DNA of 47,298 nt. It comes from Minisyncoccota bacterium. Lineage in GTDB: Bacteria; Patescibacteriota; Minisyncoccia; Phycocordibacterales; UBA9973. Location of the stretch: contig JAENWX010000001.1 in assembly GCA_016649835.1 (NCBI GenBank), positions 1 through 47,298 of the forward strand, written 5' to 3'. Position 1 is the first letter of the stretch; every line of letters starts with the position of its first letter. Shown in pieces: positions 1-9,000 of this stretch. The position numbers and the translations under genes were made by a program. Under the pieces are notes generated by a model that saw only the letters and a program-made list of their open reading frames with translations, searched no databases and was not told the origin of the DNA.

Positions 1-37
1 ATAAAATTTTATCTTCGTAAACTTTATCAATAAAAAA

Positions 38-70
38 GTCCTCGGATGAGGGAGGACGAGGAGCCAGACA
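38..70. repeat. GC-rich palindromic element, copy 1 (intergenic)
   Basis: GTCCTCGGATGAGGGAGGACGAGGAGCCAGACA. GTCCTC/GAGGAC can pair. Flanked by A-run/T-run inverted arms (31-80). Differs at a single position from the copy at 29231-29263. Confidence 0.7.
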
Positions 71-106
71 TTTTTTATTAAAAAAGTTTACTACGATTAA
101 AGTCCT

Positions 107-715
107 ATGAATAATAATTATAAAAAAGTTTACCCAAATCTATGGAGGCGGGCAAAAAATATTTTAGAAAATGATGGGGTAGTGGTACTACCTACAGATA
201 CTTTGTATGGAGTAATTGGATGTGCTTTATCTAAAAAAGCAGTAGAAAGAATATATAAAATAAAAGGACGGACAGAGAGTAAGCCGTTTATAATACTCGT
301 AACATCCTTAAAAGATATAGGTTTATTTGGAATAAAGATAAATAAAGACCAGGCCAAATTTTTAGAAAAAATTTGGCCTGGGAAAGTAAGCGTGATATTA
401 CCTTGCAGTTTAACTAAATGGCAGTACCTTCATCGTGGAGAGAAGTCTATTGCATTTCGTATGGTAGGCCCTAAAAATATTAATTTATTTAATCTTATAA
501 ATAAAGTAGGGCCACTAGTAGCACCAAGCGCAAACAAGCAAGGAGAATCACCAGCCATAAACATAACCCAAGCAAAAAGCTATTTTAATAAAGAAGTAGA
601 CTTATATATAAACGATGGCACCAAGACAAATAAGCCCTCAACTATAGTTAAATTTGAGGGCAATAATTTAATCGTTCTTAGGCAGGGTGGAGTTAGTATA
701 AATTTTAAGAATTAA
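107..715 (+). CDS. tsaC: L-threonylcarbamoyladenylate synthase (YrdC/TsaC/Sua5 family)
   Basis: 202 aa ORF with YrdC-like N-terminal pattern (VVVLPTDTLYGVIGCA ... KIKGR...KPFIIL ... SANKQGE). Confidence 0.75.
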   Translation: MNNNYKKVYPNLWRRAKNILENDGVVVLPTDTLYGVIGCALSKKAVERIYKIKGRTESKPFIILVTSLKDIGLFGIKINKDQAKFLEKIWPGKVSVILPCSLTKWQYLHRGEKSIAFRMVGPKNINLFNLINKVGPLVAPSANKQGESPAINITQAKSYFNKEVDLYINDGTKTNKPSTIVKFEGNNLIVLRQGGVSINFKN

Positions 716-812
716 GAATTAAGAATTAAGAATTAAGAATTAAGAATTAACCCATAGGGTGAGCCCATGGGGTGATTTTGATAAATCATCTGTTGAATCA
801 GAATTAAGAATT
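707..812. repeat. Tandem AAGAATT heptamers (6 copies, 707-748) plus an adjoining ~60 nt unit with a TGATTT/AAATCA hairpin
   Basis: Read directly. The tsaC stop codon (713-715) lies inside the heptamer run. The unit CCATAGGGTGA...TGATTTTGATAAATCA...TCAGAATTAAGAAT has a shorter homologue at 40393-40425. Confidence 0.8.
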
Positions 813-867
813 TCATATCTGTGCGCTATAGCGCACCAAATGTGTAAATGGTTAATATAACAAAAAA

Positions 868-888
868 ATAAGAGCCGGAGGCTCTTAT
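868..888. terminator. Bidirectional intrinsic terminator-like hairpin
   Basis: ATAAGAGCC-gga-GGCTCTTAT, 9-bp stem, with an A-run upstream (862-867) and a T-run downstream (889-892). It sits between convergent tsaC and the 885-1421 gene. Confidence 0.6.
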
Positions 889-1421
889 TTTTTATGTTCT
901 TGTTGTTGCTTTTTTAGCTCCATGACTTCTTCTATTAGTTTGCCCATCGTGTCTTCTATTCTATTTAGAATTTCATCATCCTTTTTTTGTTCTACTTCAT
1001 CTTGTTCATCGTCTTCATTGATTTCATCCACATCTTCCTGAATCTCATCAACGTCTTTTTGAATCTCATCCACATCTTTTTCAATCTCATCCACATCTTC
1101 CTGGATCTCATCAACATCTTTTTGAATTTCTTCAACGTCTTCTTGAATTTCTCCGACATCTAAAGCAACTTCACTTAGCTTATCATCCTGACGGTTTACT
1201 GACATTTGAATAAATATGGATAAGTATATTGCTTCCAAGGATACAATAGTAGTTACAACCAAAAGTATTTGGCTAAATTCATAACCCAAAAAGTAAAAAA
1301 CAAATGAAGATATAAATAATACAGTATGTATAAAAAGAGAGCCAGTAGAACCCATCATTCTAGTGACTTTAATCGAAGCTCTCTCAAGAGCATTATTAGA
1401 TTTTGTTATTATGCGCTTCAT
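885..1421 (-). CDS. DUF1003-like two-TM membrane protein with acidic heptad-repeat tail
   Basis: 178 aa. The TM pair and SLEAIYLSIFIQMSVNRQ motif resemble DUF1003. The C-terminal half is 7 tandem units of EIQ(E/K)DVD, encoded by a 21-nt tandem repeat at 1005-1151. Confidence 0.55.
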   Translation of the reverse strand: MKRIITKSNNALERASIKVTRMMGSTGSLFIHTVLFISSFVFYFLGYEFSQILLVVTTIVSLEAIYLSIFIQMSVNRQDDKLSEVALDVGEIQEDVEEIQKDVDEIQEDVDEIEKDVDEIQKDVDEIQEDVDEINEDDEQDEVEQKKDDEILNRIEDTMGKLIEEVMELKKQQQEHKK

Positions 1422-1449
1422 ATGTAGTGTTTATTATACACCATAATTC

Positions 1450-1458
1450 TGTTATAAT
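1450..1458 (+). promoter_or_regulatory. Candidate extended -10 (TGTTATAAT)
   Basis: TGnTATAAT match in the divergent intergenic region upstream of the 1597 ORF. The identical 9-mer precedes the giant gene at 5907-5915. Confidence 0.3.
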
Positions 1459-1596
1459 ATAGCTATTATAGACCTTGTTTCACTTTCTGCTTTTATATAC
1501 AGATTTAGTAAGGGGATTAGTTATATAAAATATTATAAATTTAATTATGTAGGTGACGGTTTTTTAAAATAATAATCGAAACTTACTTCTATCTAT

Positions 1597-2616
1597 ATGG
1601 AAACATCAGTACAAAAACCACCACTAACACCAAGATTTTTCTTTATTTCATTAGGAGTTCTTGTTGCTCTTATTACAAGTGTCTCATCTTTTCTGATTTT
1701 GTTTTTTGAAACATTAAATAAAAAATTTCCAGATGTTTTGACTGCTACTTATCAATATGGATATAATTCTTATTCTTATGATAGTATTCGTTCTACACTG
1801 GCTACACTTATAATATTTTTCCCAGTATTTTTAGTATTGTCATTTTATTGGAGAAAAATATCAAAATCTGAGCTAGGTAGCAAAGACAATATAATATTTA
1901 AGTGGATGATATATTTAATAATATTTATCGCTAGTCTTGTTGTTATTATTGACTTAGTTACTCTTGTTAATTATTTTGTTTCTGGAGAAATTACATCCCG
2001 ATTTATTTACAAAGTTATAGGAGCAGCTCTTGTTTCAGGACTAGTGGGTTTTAATTATTTCTTCGAATTAAAAGATCACAATAATAAAGATACAAAAAGT
2101 AAATTATCTTTAGTTTATGCAATTATCTCCGTCGTTATGTTTTTAAGTTTAATTATTTGGAGTTTTACTATTATGGGTAGCCCAACAGAGCAACGTACAT
2201 GGCGCATGGACGATAGAAGAGTAGGTGATTTACAAAACATTCAAAGTCAGGTCATTACTTATTGGCAGCAAAAAGAAAAATTACCAGCCACCCTATCAGA
2301 ACTATCAAACCCTATTACTGGATATTCTCTACCTGTTGATCCAGATTTTGAAAAAGGTATTTCTTATGAGTACACTCCCAAAGATTTATTAACATTTGAA
2401 TTGTGTGCTACTTTTGGTAGAGATATGCCAAAAGGATGGCAAGAAAATGGCCGAATGGTTTATCCAACACAAATAATGCCCATAGCAGAATACGACAAAT
2501 CAGTATTGTCCATGCCTTATCCTGGTGGGACAAATGAATCATGGGATCATAAAATAGGACGAACTTGCTTCACTCGCACAATAGACAAAGATATATATCC
2601 ACCAATTAAAAAATAG
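1597..2616 (+). CDS. Polytopic membrane protein with C-terminal pilin/pseudopilin-like globular domain
   Basis: 339 aa with about 5 hydrophobic helices. The C-terminal part (DDRRVGDLQNIQSQVITYWQQKEKLPATLSEL...VDP...YEY) follows the RDxxRxxDLxxIxxALxxY...P pattern of type IV pilin-like domains. Confidence 0.45.
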   Translation: METSVQKPPLTPRFFFISLGVLVALITSVSSFLILFFETLNKKFPDVLTATYQYGYNSYSYDSIRSTLATLIIFFPVFLVLSFYWRKISKSELGSKDNIIFKWMIYLIIFIASLVVIIDLVTLVNYFVSGEITSRFIYKVIGAALVSGLVGFNYFFELKDHNNKDTKSKLSLVYAIISVVMFLSLIIWSFTIMGSPTEQRTWRMDDRRVGDLQNIQSQVITYWQQKEKLPATLSELSNPITGYSLPVDPDFEKGISYEYTPKDLLTFELCATFGRDMPKGWQENGRMVYPTQIMPIAEYDKSVLSMPYPGGTNESWDHKIGRTCFTRTIDKDIYPPIKK

Positions 2617-2622
2617 ATTAAA

Positions 2623-5600
2623 ATGCAAAATTACGATCATATAAAAATTGAAAAAAAATGGCAAAAAGAGTGGAGTAAAAATGAAATATACAAAACCTTA
2701 AATAAAGGTAAAAAAATGTATGTACTCGACATGTTCCCATATCCTTCTGGCGTGGGTCTTCATGTTGGCCACCCACGTGGCTATATAGGTAGTGATGTAT
2801 ATGCTCGTATGAAAAGAATGGAGGGTTTTAATGTGCTCCATCCTATGGGTTATGATGCTTTTGGTTTACCCGCAGAACAATATGCATTACAGCATAAAAT
2901 ACACCCTAAAAAAGCCGTAGATGAAAATGTAAAAACTTTTGAAAGACAGCTTTCTATTATTGGGCTTTCTTATGATTGGACTCGTAAGGTCAATACAACC
3001 GACCCAAAATATTATAAATGGACACAATGGATATTCCTTCAAATTTATAATTCTTGGTATGATAAAACTCAAAATAAAGCTCGTCCTATTTCAGAGCTTG
3101 AAAGTCTATTTGAAAAGAATGGTAATGAAAAAATAAATGCCGAATGTAACTCAGACACAGAATTTTTTTCATCAAAAGAGTGGAAGTTATTTTCTAAAAT
3201 AGAAAAACACAACATACTCATGCAATACCGTCTTGCTTATGAAGGACACAGTGAAGTAAATTGGTGTGAAGAAATGGGAACTGTTCTCGCTAATGATGAA
3301 ATAACAAACGACAAAAATGGTAACCCCGTTTCAGAGAGAGGAGGATTCCCGGTTATAAAAAAATCCATGCGCCAATGGTTCATGCGAATTACAGCTTATG
3401 CAGACAGGCTGCTTTCTGGTCTTGATGGATTGGAATGGAGTGACCATATAAAAGAAATTCAAAAGAACTGGATAGGAAAGAGTGATGGTAGTGAAATAGA
3501 ATTTAAGATTCGAGTCCCTGGAAAGTTTTCTTCAGGTCCTCGCCTGCCCGACCTTGCGGTTGTTCGGGCGGGGACGAGGGAGGACGAGGGGCCAGACCAT
3601 TCAGAAAATTTTTCCAGAGACTCTCTTTCTATAAAAGTTTTTACAACCCGCGCAGATACTATTTTTGGTGCGACTTATGTAGTTCTGGCGCCGGAACATC
3701 CATTAATTAATAATTACAAATTACTAATTACTAATTGGAGAGAGATAGAAGAATATATTAATGAAATAAAAAATAAGACCGATGAAGACAGAGTAAAAAA
3801 TGATAAAGAAAAAACAGGAGTAGAACTAAAAGGTATCAAAGCTATCAATCCCGCAAACGGAGAAGAGGTACCAGTTTGGATAGCTGACTACGTGCTTGCT
3901 ACTTATGGGACAGGAGCTGTTATGGCTGTGCCTGCACATGATGAAAGAGATTTTGAATTTGCGAATAAGTATGATTTGGCACTCAAGCAGGTTGTTGTTT
4001 CTAATAATTTATTAAAATCAATAGTTGTAAGTACAACCTTGGATAACGATATTGATTTTAAGTATCAGTTACAAAAAAGTAAAATTGACTTTACTTTATC
4101 AATAAGTTCAATAAGCAATCGCGAGCATATTAGAGTTGAATTAAAAAAAGAAAATCTTCAAGAGTTTATTAATATTGTACAGAAATATATAAAAGAAAAA
4201 TGTTGGGTTGAGATACTTGGAAATGAAAATATAATTGTACTTAAAAACGAAGTTCATAAAGATTTTCTGAATCACTCAGAAGAGTGGTTTAAGAAATTTT
4301 TAGAATGGGAACCTTTTATTAAAGGACAGAAAAATTTATGGGATATGCTTTCTAAAAATACTTTTTTTCAAAATTTAGTTTGTTATCAAGATGATGGAAT
4401 ATTAACTAATTCAGGAAAATTTAATGGTTTAACTTCCGAAGAAGCCCGCGCACAAATTACGAAATTTGTAAATGGAAAAATAGTTACAAAATTTAAAATG
4501 AGAGATGCAATATTTGCTCGTCAAAGATATTGGGGTGAGCCAATTCCACTTAAACATAACCCAGATGGAACAACAACAGAAGTAAAAGAAAAAAATCTTC
4601 CTTTAGAATTACCAAACATTAAATCTTATGTTTCAACTGGTACAGGTGAGTCTCCACTTGCAGGAGTTAAGTCTTGGGTGAAGGAAGGCTATGAGACAAA
4701 CACAATGCCTGGATGGGCTGGGTCTTCTTGGTACTTCTTGCGTTATATGGATCCTCAGAATAGTAAAGCTTTTGCGTCTAAAAAATCTCTTGAGTACTGG
4801 AAAGATGTAGATGTGTATGTTGGCGGACTCGAGCATGCTACTGGGCATTTACTCTACTCTCGTTTTTGGAATAATTTCTTATTTGATTTAGGTCATGTTC
4901 CAACAAGAGAACCATTTAAAAAACTTAGAAATCAAGGAATGATTTTGGCTAGTGATGGACGTAAAATGAGTAAAAGATGGAATAATGTAGTAAACCCAGA
5001 TGACATAGTAAAAAACTATGGAGCAGATACTTTGCGTATATATGAAATGTTCATGGGACCATTTGAACAAAGCCTACCATGGTCTACAGAAAGCATTATT
5101 GGCTCACGAAGATTTATAGACCGCGTCTTTAGACTTCAATCTAAAGTTACAAATAAAAAAAGTGACATAGAAGTAGAAAAAATTTTTCACAAAACACTTA
5201 AAAAGGTTAGTGAAGATATAGAAAATTTTGCTTTCAATACGGCAGTTTCTTCAATGATGATTTTATTAAATGAAATAGAAAAGTTTGAAAATATTGGAAA
5301 AGCTGAGTTTAAAATTTTATTACAGATGTTAGCTCCTTTCGCTCCTCACGTAACAGAAGAACTTTGGTCTAATACAGGAGAAAAGAAATCCATCCATAAA
5401 AGTTCTTGGCCTAAATGGGACAAAAATAAAATTGTTGATGATATGATTAAAATTGCTGTTCAAGTAAATGGTAAAGTAAGAACAGAAATTATGATATCAA
5501 AAGATATGTCAGAATCTGAAATTAAAGAAATGGCGCTAAAAGATAAAAATATTTTAACCTGGACAGAAGGAAAAGAAATAAAAAGAGTTATATATGTTCC

Positions 5601-5628
5601 CAATAGAATTGTAAATATTGTTGTTTAG
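2623..5628 (+). CDS. leuS: Leucine--tRNA ligase
   Basis: 1001 aa. HIGH-type motif (HVGHPRGY), KMSKR (KMSKS motif), VFTTRADTIFGATYVVLAPEH editing-domain signature, AVPAHDERDFEFA. Confidence 0.95.
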   Translation: MQNYDHIKIEKKWQKEWSKNEIYKTLNKGKKMYVLDMFPYPSGVGLHVGHPRGYIGSDVYARMKRMEGFNVLHPMGYDAFGLPAEQYALQHKIHPKKAVDENVKTFERQLSIIGLSYDWTRKVNTTDPKYYKWTQWIFLQIYNSWYDKTQNKARPISELESLFEKNGNEKINAECNSDTEFFSSKEWKLFSKIEKHNILMQYRLAYEGHSEVNWCEEMGTVLANDEITNDKNGNPVSERGGFPVIKKSMRQWFMRITAYADRLLSGLDGLEWSDHIKEIQKNWIGKSDGSEIEFKIRVPGKFSSGPRLPDLAVVRAGTREDEGPDHSENFSRDSLSIKVFTTRADTIFGATYVVLAPEHPLINNYKLLITNWREIEEYINEIKNKTDEDRVKNDKEKTGVELKGIKAINPANGEEVPVWIADYVLATYGTGAVMAVPAHDERDFEFANKYDLALKQVVVSNNLLKSIVVSTTLDNDIDFKYQLQKSKIDFTLSISSISNREHIRVELKKENLQEFINIVQKYIKEKCWVEILGNENIIVLKNEVHKDFLNHSEEWFKKFLEWEPFIKGQKNLWDMLSKNTFFQNLVCYQDDGILTNSGKFNGLTSEEARAQITKFVNGKIVTKFKMRDAIFARQRYWGEPIPLKHNPDGTTTEVKEKNLPLELPNIKSYVSTGTGESPLAGVKSWVKEGYETNTMPGWAGSSWYFLRYMDPQNSKAFASKKSLEYWKDVDVYVGGLEHATGHLLYSRFWNNFLFDLGHVPTREPFKKLRNQGMILASDGRKMSKRWNNVVNPDDIVKNYGADTLRIYEMFMGPFEQSLPWSTESIIGSRRFIDRVFRLQSKVTNKKSDIEVEKIFHKTLKKVSEDIENFAFNTAVSSMMILLNEIEKFENIGKAEFKILLQMLAPFAPHVTEELWSNTGEKKSIHKSSWPKWDKNKIVDDMIKIAVQVNGKVRTEIMISKDMSESEIKEMALKDKNILTWTEGKEIKRVIYVPNRIVNIVV
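3518..3617. repeat. GC-rich palindromic element, copy 2, in frame inside leuS with a nested hairpin
   Basis: GTCCTCG + [CCTGCCCGA-12nt-TCGGGCGGG, 3543-3572] + ACGAGGGAGGACGAGGGGCCAGAC. Flanked by imperfect inverted arms CTGGAAAGTTTTCTTCAG / TTCAGAAAATTTTTCCAG. Translates as SSGPRLPDLAVVRAGTREDEGPDHSENF just before the editing-domain signature. Confidence 0.75.
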
Positions 5629-5887
5629 ATTTTATACTAAGCTAGACCTTGCATAGCGAAGATTATTTACGGTTTATTGCACTTTTGTATGCTTGTAATC
5701 AGTCAGAAGGTTTATTTAAATGTTGGGAACTTAGCCAAAGGTCAAACTTATGATATTGAGAGTGGAAAAATATATCAAAAAACATAAAAACTGGTTTGGC
5801 AAGGACCTAAGAATTCTTTGTTTTTATTGTCTAATTTGTAGAAAAAATAGGGGATCTCTTAAATATAGATAACTTCTTGTATTTTTG

Positions 5888-5915
5888 TTGAATAAATCTA
5901 TTATTTTGTTATAAT
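5888..5915 (+). promoter_or_regulatory. Candidate sigma70-type promoter of the giant gene
   Basis: TTGAAT (5888-5893), 16-nt spacer, TGT-TATAAT extended -10 (5907-5915), about 90 nt upstream of ATG 6004. Confidence 0.45.
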
Positions 5916-6003
5916 AGAAAAGTATTTTAAGGATATCGGCTATCCGAAATATTAAAAATACTAAATCTTGTTCATCCGAGATATTCTTATAAATCTATAC
6001 ATA

Positions 6004-9000
6004 ATGCAACTTCTAGATAATATCATTTCTTTAAATCAAGCAGCCGAAATTTCTGGGTATACTCAGGACTATCTTGGTTATTTAGTACGCATAGGTGAGA
6101 TCAAAGGTGTTAAAAAAGGAGGGGTCTGGTTTATCACTAAAGAAGAGCTTAATGACTATCTATTGAAGAAAAAACCCATTCAAACAGACTCAAACACTAA
6201 AGATTTCTTTCAAAAAATTTGGCACAAAAAAATAGACGTTAAAGATTTCATTTCACATCTCTCTCCTCGTAATTTTTTGGTTTCCGCTCTTATTATATTC
6301 GTGGGACTTTCTTCGGTTGGAGCCTATCTTTTTGAGAAAAATAATTACAATCAAACTTTATCTTCCGCATTTCAATCCTTCGTTCTTTCGGATCATACAG
6401 AAGAGGTGAAAGCAAATAAGATAGGAGATTTACTTTCAAATGTTTCTGACGGACTGGCTTATGGATGGAGTGAATTTACTTTTGAAATTTTAGATGATAT
6501 TAAAAATTCTACAAACACAACAAAAGAATTAGTAGCTTTCGTTGGTGCTGAAGTTGCAAATAGAGTTCAACTTGTCGGAGATAGAATTACTTCCGTTTTA
6601 AATAATACAAAAAAGTTTTTTACTAATACTAAAAAATTTGTTGCAGTAGTGAAGACTCCTGTACCCGATAGGAAAGTTCCACTTGGCTCTTCACTAAAAG
6701 CTTCAGCCATTGATTCACTAAAGTCTGGTAGTGATTCTTTAACCTCTATCTCTACGGGATTAGCCAATGGTTGGATAACATTCACGGATTGGATTTTAAA
6801 TAATATTAAAAATTCAATCATTGGGACAAAAGAATTTGCAGTTTCTGTTGGTGATGGTGCAAAGTTTGTTGGTAATTCAATCACTAATGAAATCACATCT
6901 CAACGAACAGTAATCTCGGCATGGGGACATTCAATCCCAAGTAAAATAGTTTCAATCTGGAATTCAACCAAAAAGTTTGTCATTGATTTTATTTCTCAAC
7001 CACCAAAGTTAATAGTCAAAAGTCCAATAGTTATTCCTCCTTCACTGACAACAACTGCCCCAACAATTAAAGTTGAAGTTCCAGAACCAGAAGCCTCTAG
7101 TATAGCAGGCTCTCAACGACCGGCAACTTCGGCATCGGGAAGTACCACAATAATTCAACGAATTTATGAACAACCACAAACAACAATTATCAATCAAGTT
7201 GACCCAACCCTTTTCTCTAGAATCCAAGGTATTGAATTAGCTCTTCTAAATAATATCTCTCATAACTCTAATCAAACAAATAGAATATACGACAGTGTCG
7301 GTAGAAGTATATCCGGAGCTTCAAACAACATTACCGAAGAAGGAACATTAAATAATACAACAATAAATGATGCTACCCTTGTGAACTTCACTTCTACTGG
7401 AAATGCTTTATTTACCAAAGTTCCAACTCTGGCTCATGCTTTTGACCCTTCTTGGCCATCTGACATTTCAAATGTTTCCAATTCCTCACTCTATATCAAT
7501 CCTGCTTCTTCAGTATTGGATGGCAATCTGCTCGGTCTTGCTGTTGGAGGAGTTGTTAAATTTCTAGTTGATACTGAAGGTGATATTTATGGTAACAGTT
7601 TAATCTTAACTGGTTCTGTTACTCAAGGTAATACTACAGTAGAAAATCTAACAGTTGGTGGAAATATTATTTTAGGTGATGCTTCGACTGACACTTTAAC
7701 CATCAATTCCGCCAATTGGACTTTTGCCAACGATACCAACTTCGCGCTATCAGGAGGCCTTAATGGTTTATCTTTTGATACCGATACTCTTTTCATTGAT
7801 TCGCTCAATCACCGCATCGGCATCGGGACAACGAATCCGGGGAGTAAATTGGAAGTTGCTGGAACTTTTTCACAAACGGGAGCCAATACATTTGGAACAG
7901 GGACAGGGGTAATATCACTTAATGGAGCAACTACTATCACTGGCATCAATACTTTCACAACTGGTACAGGCACTGTAGAATTTAAAAATGTCTCTACCAA
8001 TATTTCTTCTATCAATCCCGTCATTGATACGACGGATGCCACCTCTACTCTATCCATAAACACAGTTACGAACAGACCGACAACCTTTGGGACAGGGCTA
8101 GTGACTATTCCAAATCTATTGATCACAAATTCTCAGGGCAATAATGGAACTATGGGTATTACTTCCAGCGCCACCACGGAAACTATTTTCTCAGTCACGG
8201 GTGCATCTCTAACTTCTGGCACAGGCATTGCGGAGAATATCACCGCCAATGCAAACAATGGGGAGATTACAAAAGGGCACACGATTACTATTACCGATGC
8301 CACTGTTGGCGGGGGCGGATACACTGCATTGTCAATCAGTACTTCGGGAGCTGGGGTTGGCTTGGGCAACAAATATCTTTTAGATATGAATCCGGGAGCA
8401 AATAAAGAAGTTGTGTTTGATTCGGCTGGAGCATTTAGACCAACCACTTCCGTTGCTTCCAACACCAACACTATTGGTTCATCCGATTTTTATTGGAAGA
8501 ATGGATATTTTGACCAAATTACTGCCAACAATATTTCCGGAGTGGTGGTCGGAGGAGCGACTTCATCCACTTCGTGGACCATCGGCTCTACTCAAGTCGC
8601 TGATGTCAATGAAAGTTTAATTTTTTATAGAAATAATCTAGGGGCTGGTAATGCTTCACTTCAATGGAACGCTGGTGCGGGCGACTTGCGGCATTTCACC
8701 GTCAATTATCCGTTTAACGCCACTTACACAGTCAATGATACTTCAATCACGACTGGTGTGAATTTATATTCTGGAAACTTGGTCAACAACACCACCACTG
8801 GCACTCAGAAACTTTTATCTCTGACCAACACCGGTACAGGTACGACAGAAACTGGCATTTATATAGGCAACACCGGCACAGGAACGACCGCTCTTGAAGT
8901 CGCTGGCACGTGGACCAATGGAATAATTACCAACAACAATTCTATTAATGCTGGGAGTGGAGCAATTACCGGTGGAGCAGGAACTTTCACGACCTTAAAT

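Noticed and set aside
130-357. Short antisense or overlapping ORFs inside tsaC, leuS, murJ, lepA, valS, tsaD, cmk, murD, mrdA, lysS, ftsI, murF and the GT4 gene (for example 130-357, 2887-3072, 21124-21438, 29239-29556, 43672-44067).
   Set aside because: Each is nested within a confidently identified gene on the other strand or in another frame and has no recognisable motif. In AT-rich DNA such ORFs arise by chance.
821-836. The 16-nt perfect palindrome GTGCGCTATAGCGCAC in the tsaC 3' flank as an operator site.
   Set aside because: It is a single occurrence in the window, with no adjacent regulator gene or promoter context. Noted but not interpretable.
5629-5967. The 340-nt non-coding stretch after leuS as a possible ncRNA (SRP RNA, 6S, riboswitch).
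   Set aside because: I could find only weak, imperfect complementarity (GACCTTGC / GCAAGGAC) and no signature motif I recognise. This is left as unexplained spacer containing the candidate promoter.
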